Source: Ylistrum balloti (lineage: Eukaryota). From it: a DNA stretch of 64,000 nucleotides. The notes below the pieces were generated by a model, which saw nothing but the letters and a program-made list of their open reading frames with translations, was not told the DNA's origin and did not search any database. This document shows, in pieces, positions 62,346-64,000 of the stretch. The stretch's first letter is position 1; each line of letters starts with the position of its first letter. The stretch lies in assembly GCF_031769215.1 (NCBI RefSeq), contig NW_026781986.1, forward strand, positions 496,001 to 560,000, read 5' to 3'. The position numbers and the translations under genes are program-made.

Positions 62346-63514
62346 TTAACTCCTCCTGTTGACACCTTTGACATGCCTGCCTTAACCTCATCATTGTTAG
62401 TCAAATTCCTGTGCGACTCTTGGCCCATTGTCTATCTTAACACTTATAAAGTAAAAACAAGGCACGATTTCCATGATTCTTATCAAAATATATCCCCTCC
62501 TTGCTACTAACACACACACTTCAGACTTTATGAAAACTGAAATTCCATATAGGTACTGAATATGGTTCCTGGGAGGAGACTCAGGGATATGATTATTTAT
62601 TAATACATTGTCCTACAGTATGTCTTGGACTGTTCTGAGCCCCTACTACCCTCATATATCCCTCAGCCCTTTGAACACAAGCTGTTATACTCCTTCTCTC
62701 AGATATTGACAGATTAAAGGTCTTTATCATTATCATTCAAGTTTAAATGTTGTACATGTATATGCCTGTAAAATAGTAAAAACGAAAGTGTATTAAGGAA
62801 TAACATGACTCTTGACTGTGTGCCAGCTGATGTATATAACAAAGTTACCCTCATTCGATCAGTGATCTGTTTAACTTTACTGACAGAACATTCAACTAGC
62901 TACAATAATTTGTTTTAATTTCATAACCGGTTTATATAGTCTGTAGATACAAGGTATTTAGGTCAGGCTTAACCCACAGACCAGGAAGACGTTCCTTTGT
63001 CAATATCTACTCTGATAGAAAATCATATTTCTACCTTTTGTTATTGTCTGTGCAGTATTGTTTGAATGGAATGTGACTTCAGAAGTACCCACACAAGCAC
63101 TTAAAGCTGGTTGGGATTATTTAATATTGGTGTTCGTGGTGTGACTTACACTGTAGGACATGTTTTGGATATTTACAAAAGGTGTATTTGGTATGTTTAC
63201 ATGATGTGTTTACTTGTAAAAGTTGTATCAGCAACTTTGTGGTGTCTCAGTTGATACATACATGTACTCATTCCTTACCTGTCAACAACCAACCAGGAAA
63301 ATTTTAGTATGCATGCGGAGTGGTTCATCCTTGTTACAGCAGGATAGTGTTATAACCATTTGTGTACATTTTACCATTGAAAATAGGGAAAACTTACCTG
63401 TTGTAACAGCCTGACAATGAAGATTTGGGAAATTTGATACAAGGAAGAGTTAGAGTTACATATTTTAGTTTGGTAAAACCAAAAACGTTATAAAATTGCT
63501 ATACCTACTTTCAT

Positions 63515-63930
63515 TTCCTAGGAAGTACCGTAAGCATTTATCTGAAATGTTAATTGGACTTATTTACGTTGACTTTTGTTCAGGAAATTATAGTACCAGT
63601 GACATATGTAGGAAGTACTGAGAACATTTGTAGGAAACGTTGATCAGACTGATTTACTTGAACTTTAGTTCGAGAAAACATCATACCATTGACATATATG
63701 TAGAAAGTTCTAAGAATGTTTATCAGAAACGTTGAATGGATGGATTTACCCAGACGCTTGTTTGAGAAAATATTGTACCAATGACATACAAAGAAAGTAC
63801 TGAGAACATTTATCAAAAATGTTGATTGGATGGTTTTTACCCAGATTCTAATTAAGGATAATATCGTTGCAGTAGTATTTATCAAATGGTTATACCTTTG
63901 ATGAACTTGGGACACTGATTTACCCACTTC
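63515..63930. repeat. Degenerate ~90-bp tandem repeat, 4-5 units
   Basis: GTACCA(G/A)TGACATA..AGAAAGTACTGAGAACATTT..AAACGTTGA..GGATTTAC recurs near 63520, 63594, 63683, 63776 and 63893. Confidence 0.6.
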
Positions 63931-64000
63931 TGTTGAGGGAAGACATACCAGAAATGTTTATCAAGCTGTTGTAGCAAGGAAAATAGAGAACATTACTGGT

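Noticed and set aside
63580-63927. 115-aa minus-strand ORF at the right edge
   Set aside because: It derives from the degenerate ~90-bp repeat and shows no homology signal.

Overview
AT-rich animal genomic DNA with spliceosomal introns. The repeat landscape (TGACCTTGA-rich intronic elements, Helentron-associated-type non-autonomous elements, a tRNA-derived SINE) suggests a mollusc, probably a bivalve (inference). Five protein-coding genes were reconstructed by hand from GT-AG junctions with consistent phases. (1) The 5' part of DGCR8/pasha (minus, 164-4837, continues off the left edge). (2) An uncharacterised ~1514-aa, probably nuclear protein (plus, 8174-13330) with 24-aa repeats and two divergent Ski/Sno/Dac-like domains. 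(3) SMG9 (minus, 13 coding exons, 17145-34393). (4) A three-RRM ELAV/Sxl-family gene with an intronless CDS, nested antisense in a 9.2-kb SMG9 intron (plus, 23261-24178). (5) A YIL108W/Metallopep-like zinc metalloprotease (plus, 7 exons, 35379-40691). The right 23 kb is non-coding and holds a decayed DD34E Tc1 element, MITEs, a 2.3-kb 29-bp minisatellite and a possible P-element excision footprint. The best lead is in DGCR8: two pri-miRNA-like hairpins, one in the 5' leader and one at the start of the CDS. This is the same layout as the vertebrate Microprocessor autoregulatory hairpins, and the CDS hairpin appears to share sequence with vertebrate mir-1306 (comparison from memory, needs checking). 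A DGCR8 exon end and its splice donor are also amplified into a 9-donor minisatellite. No tools were used; all coordinates were counted by hand.
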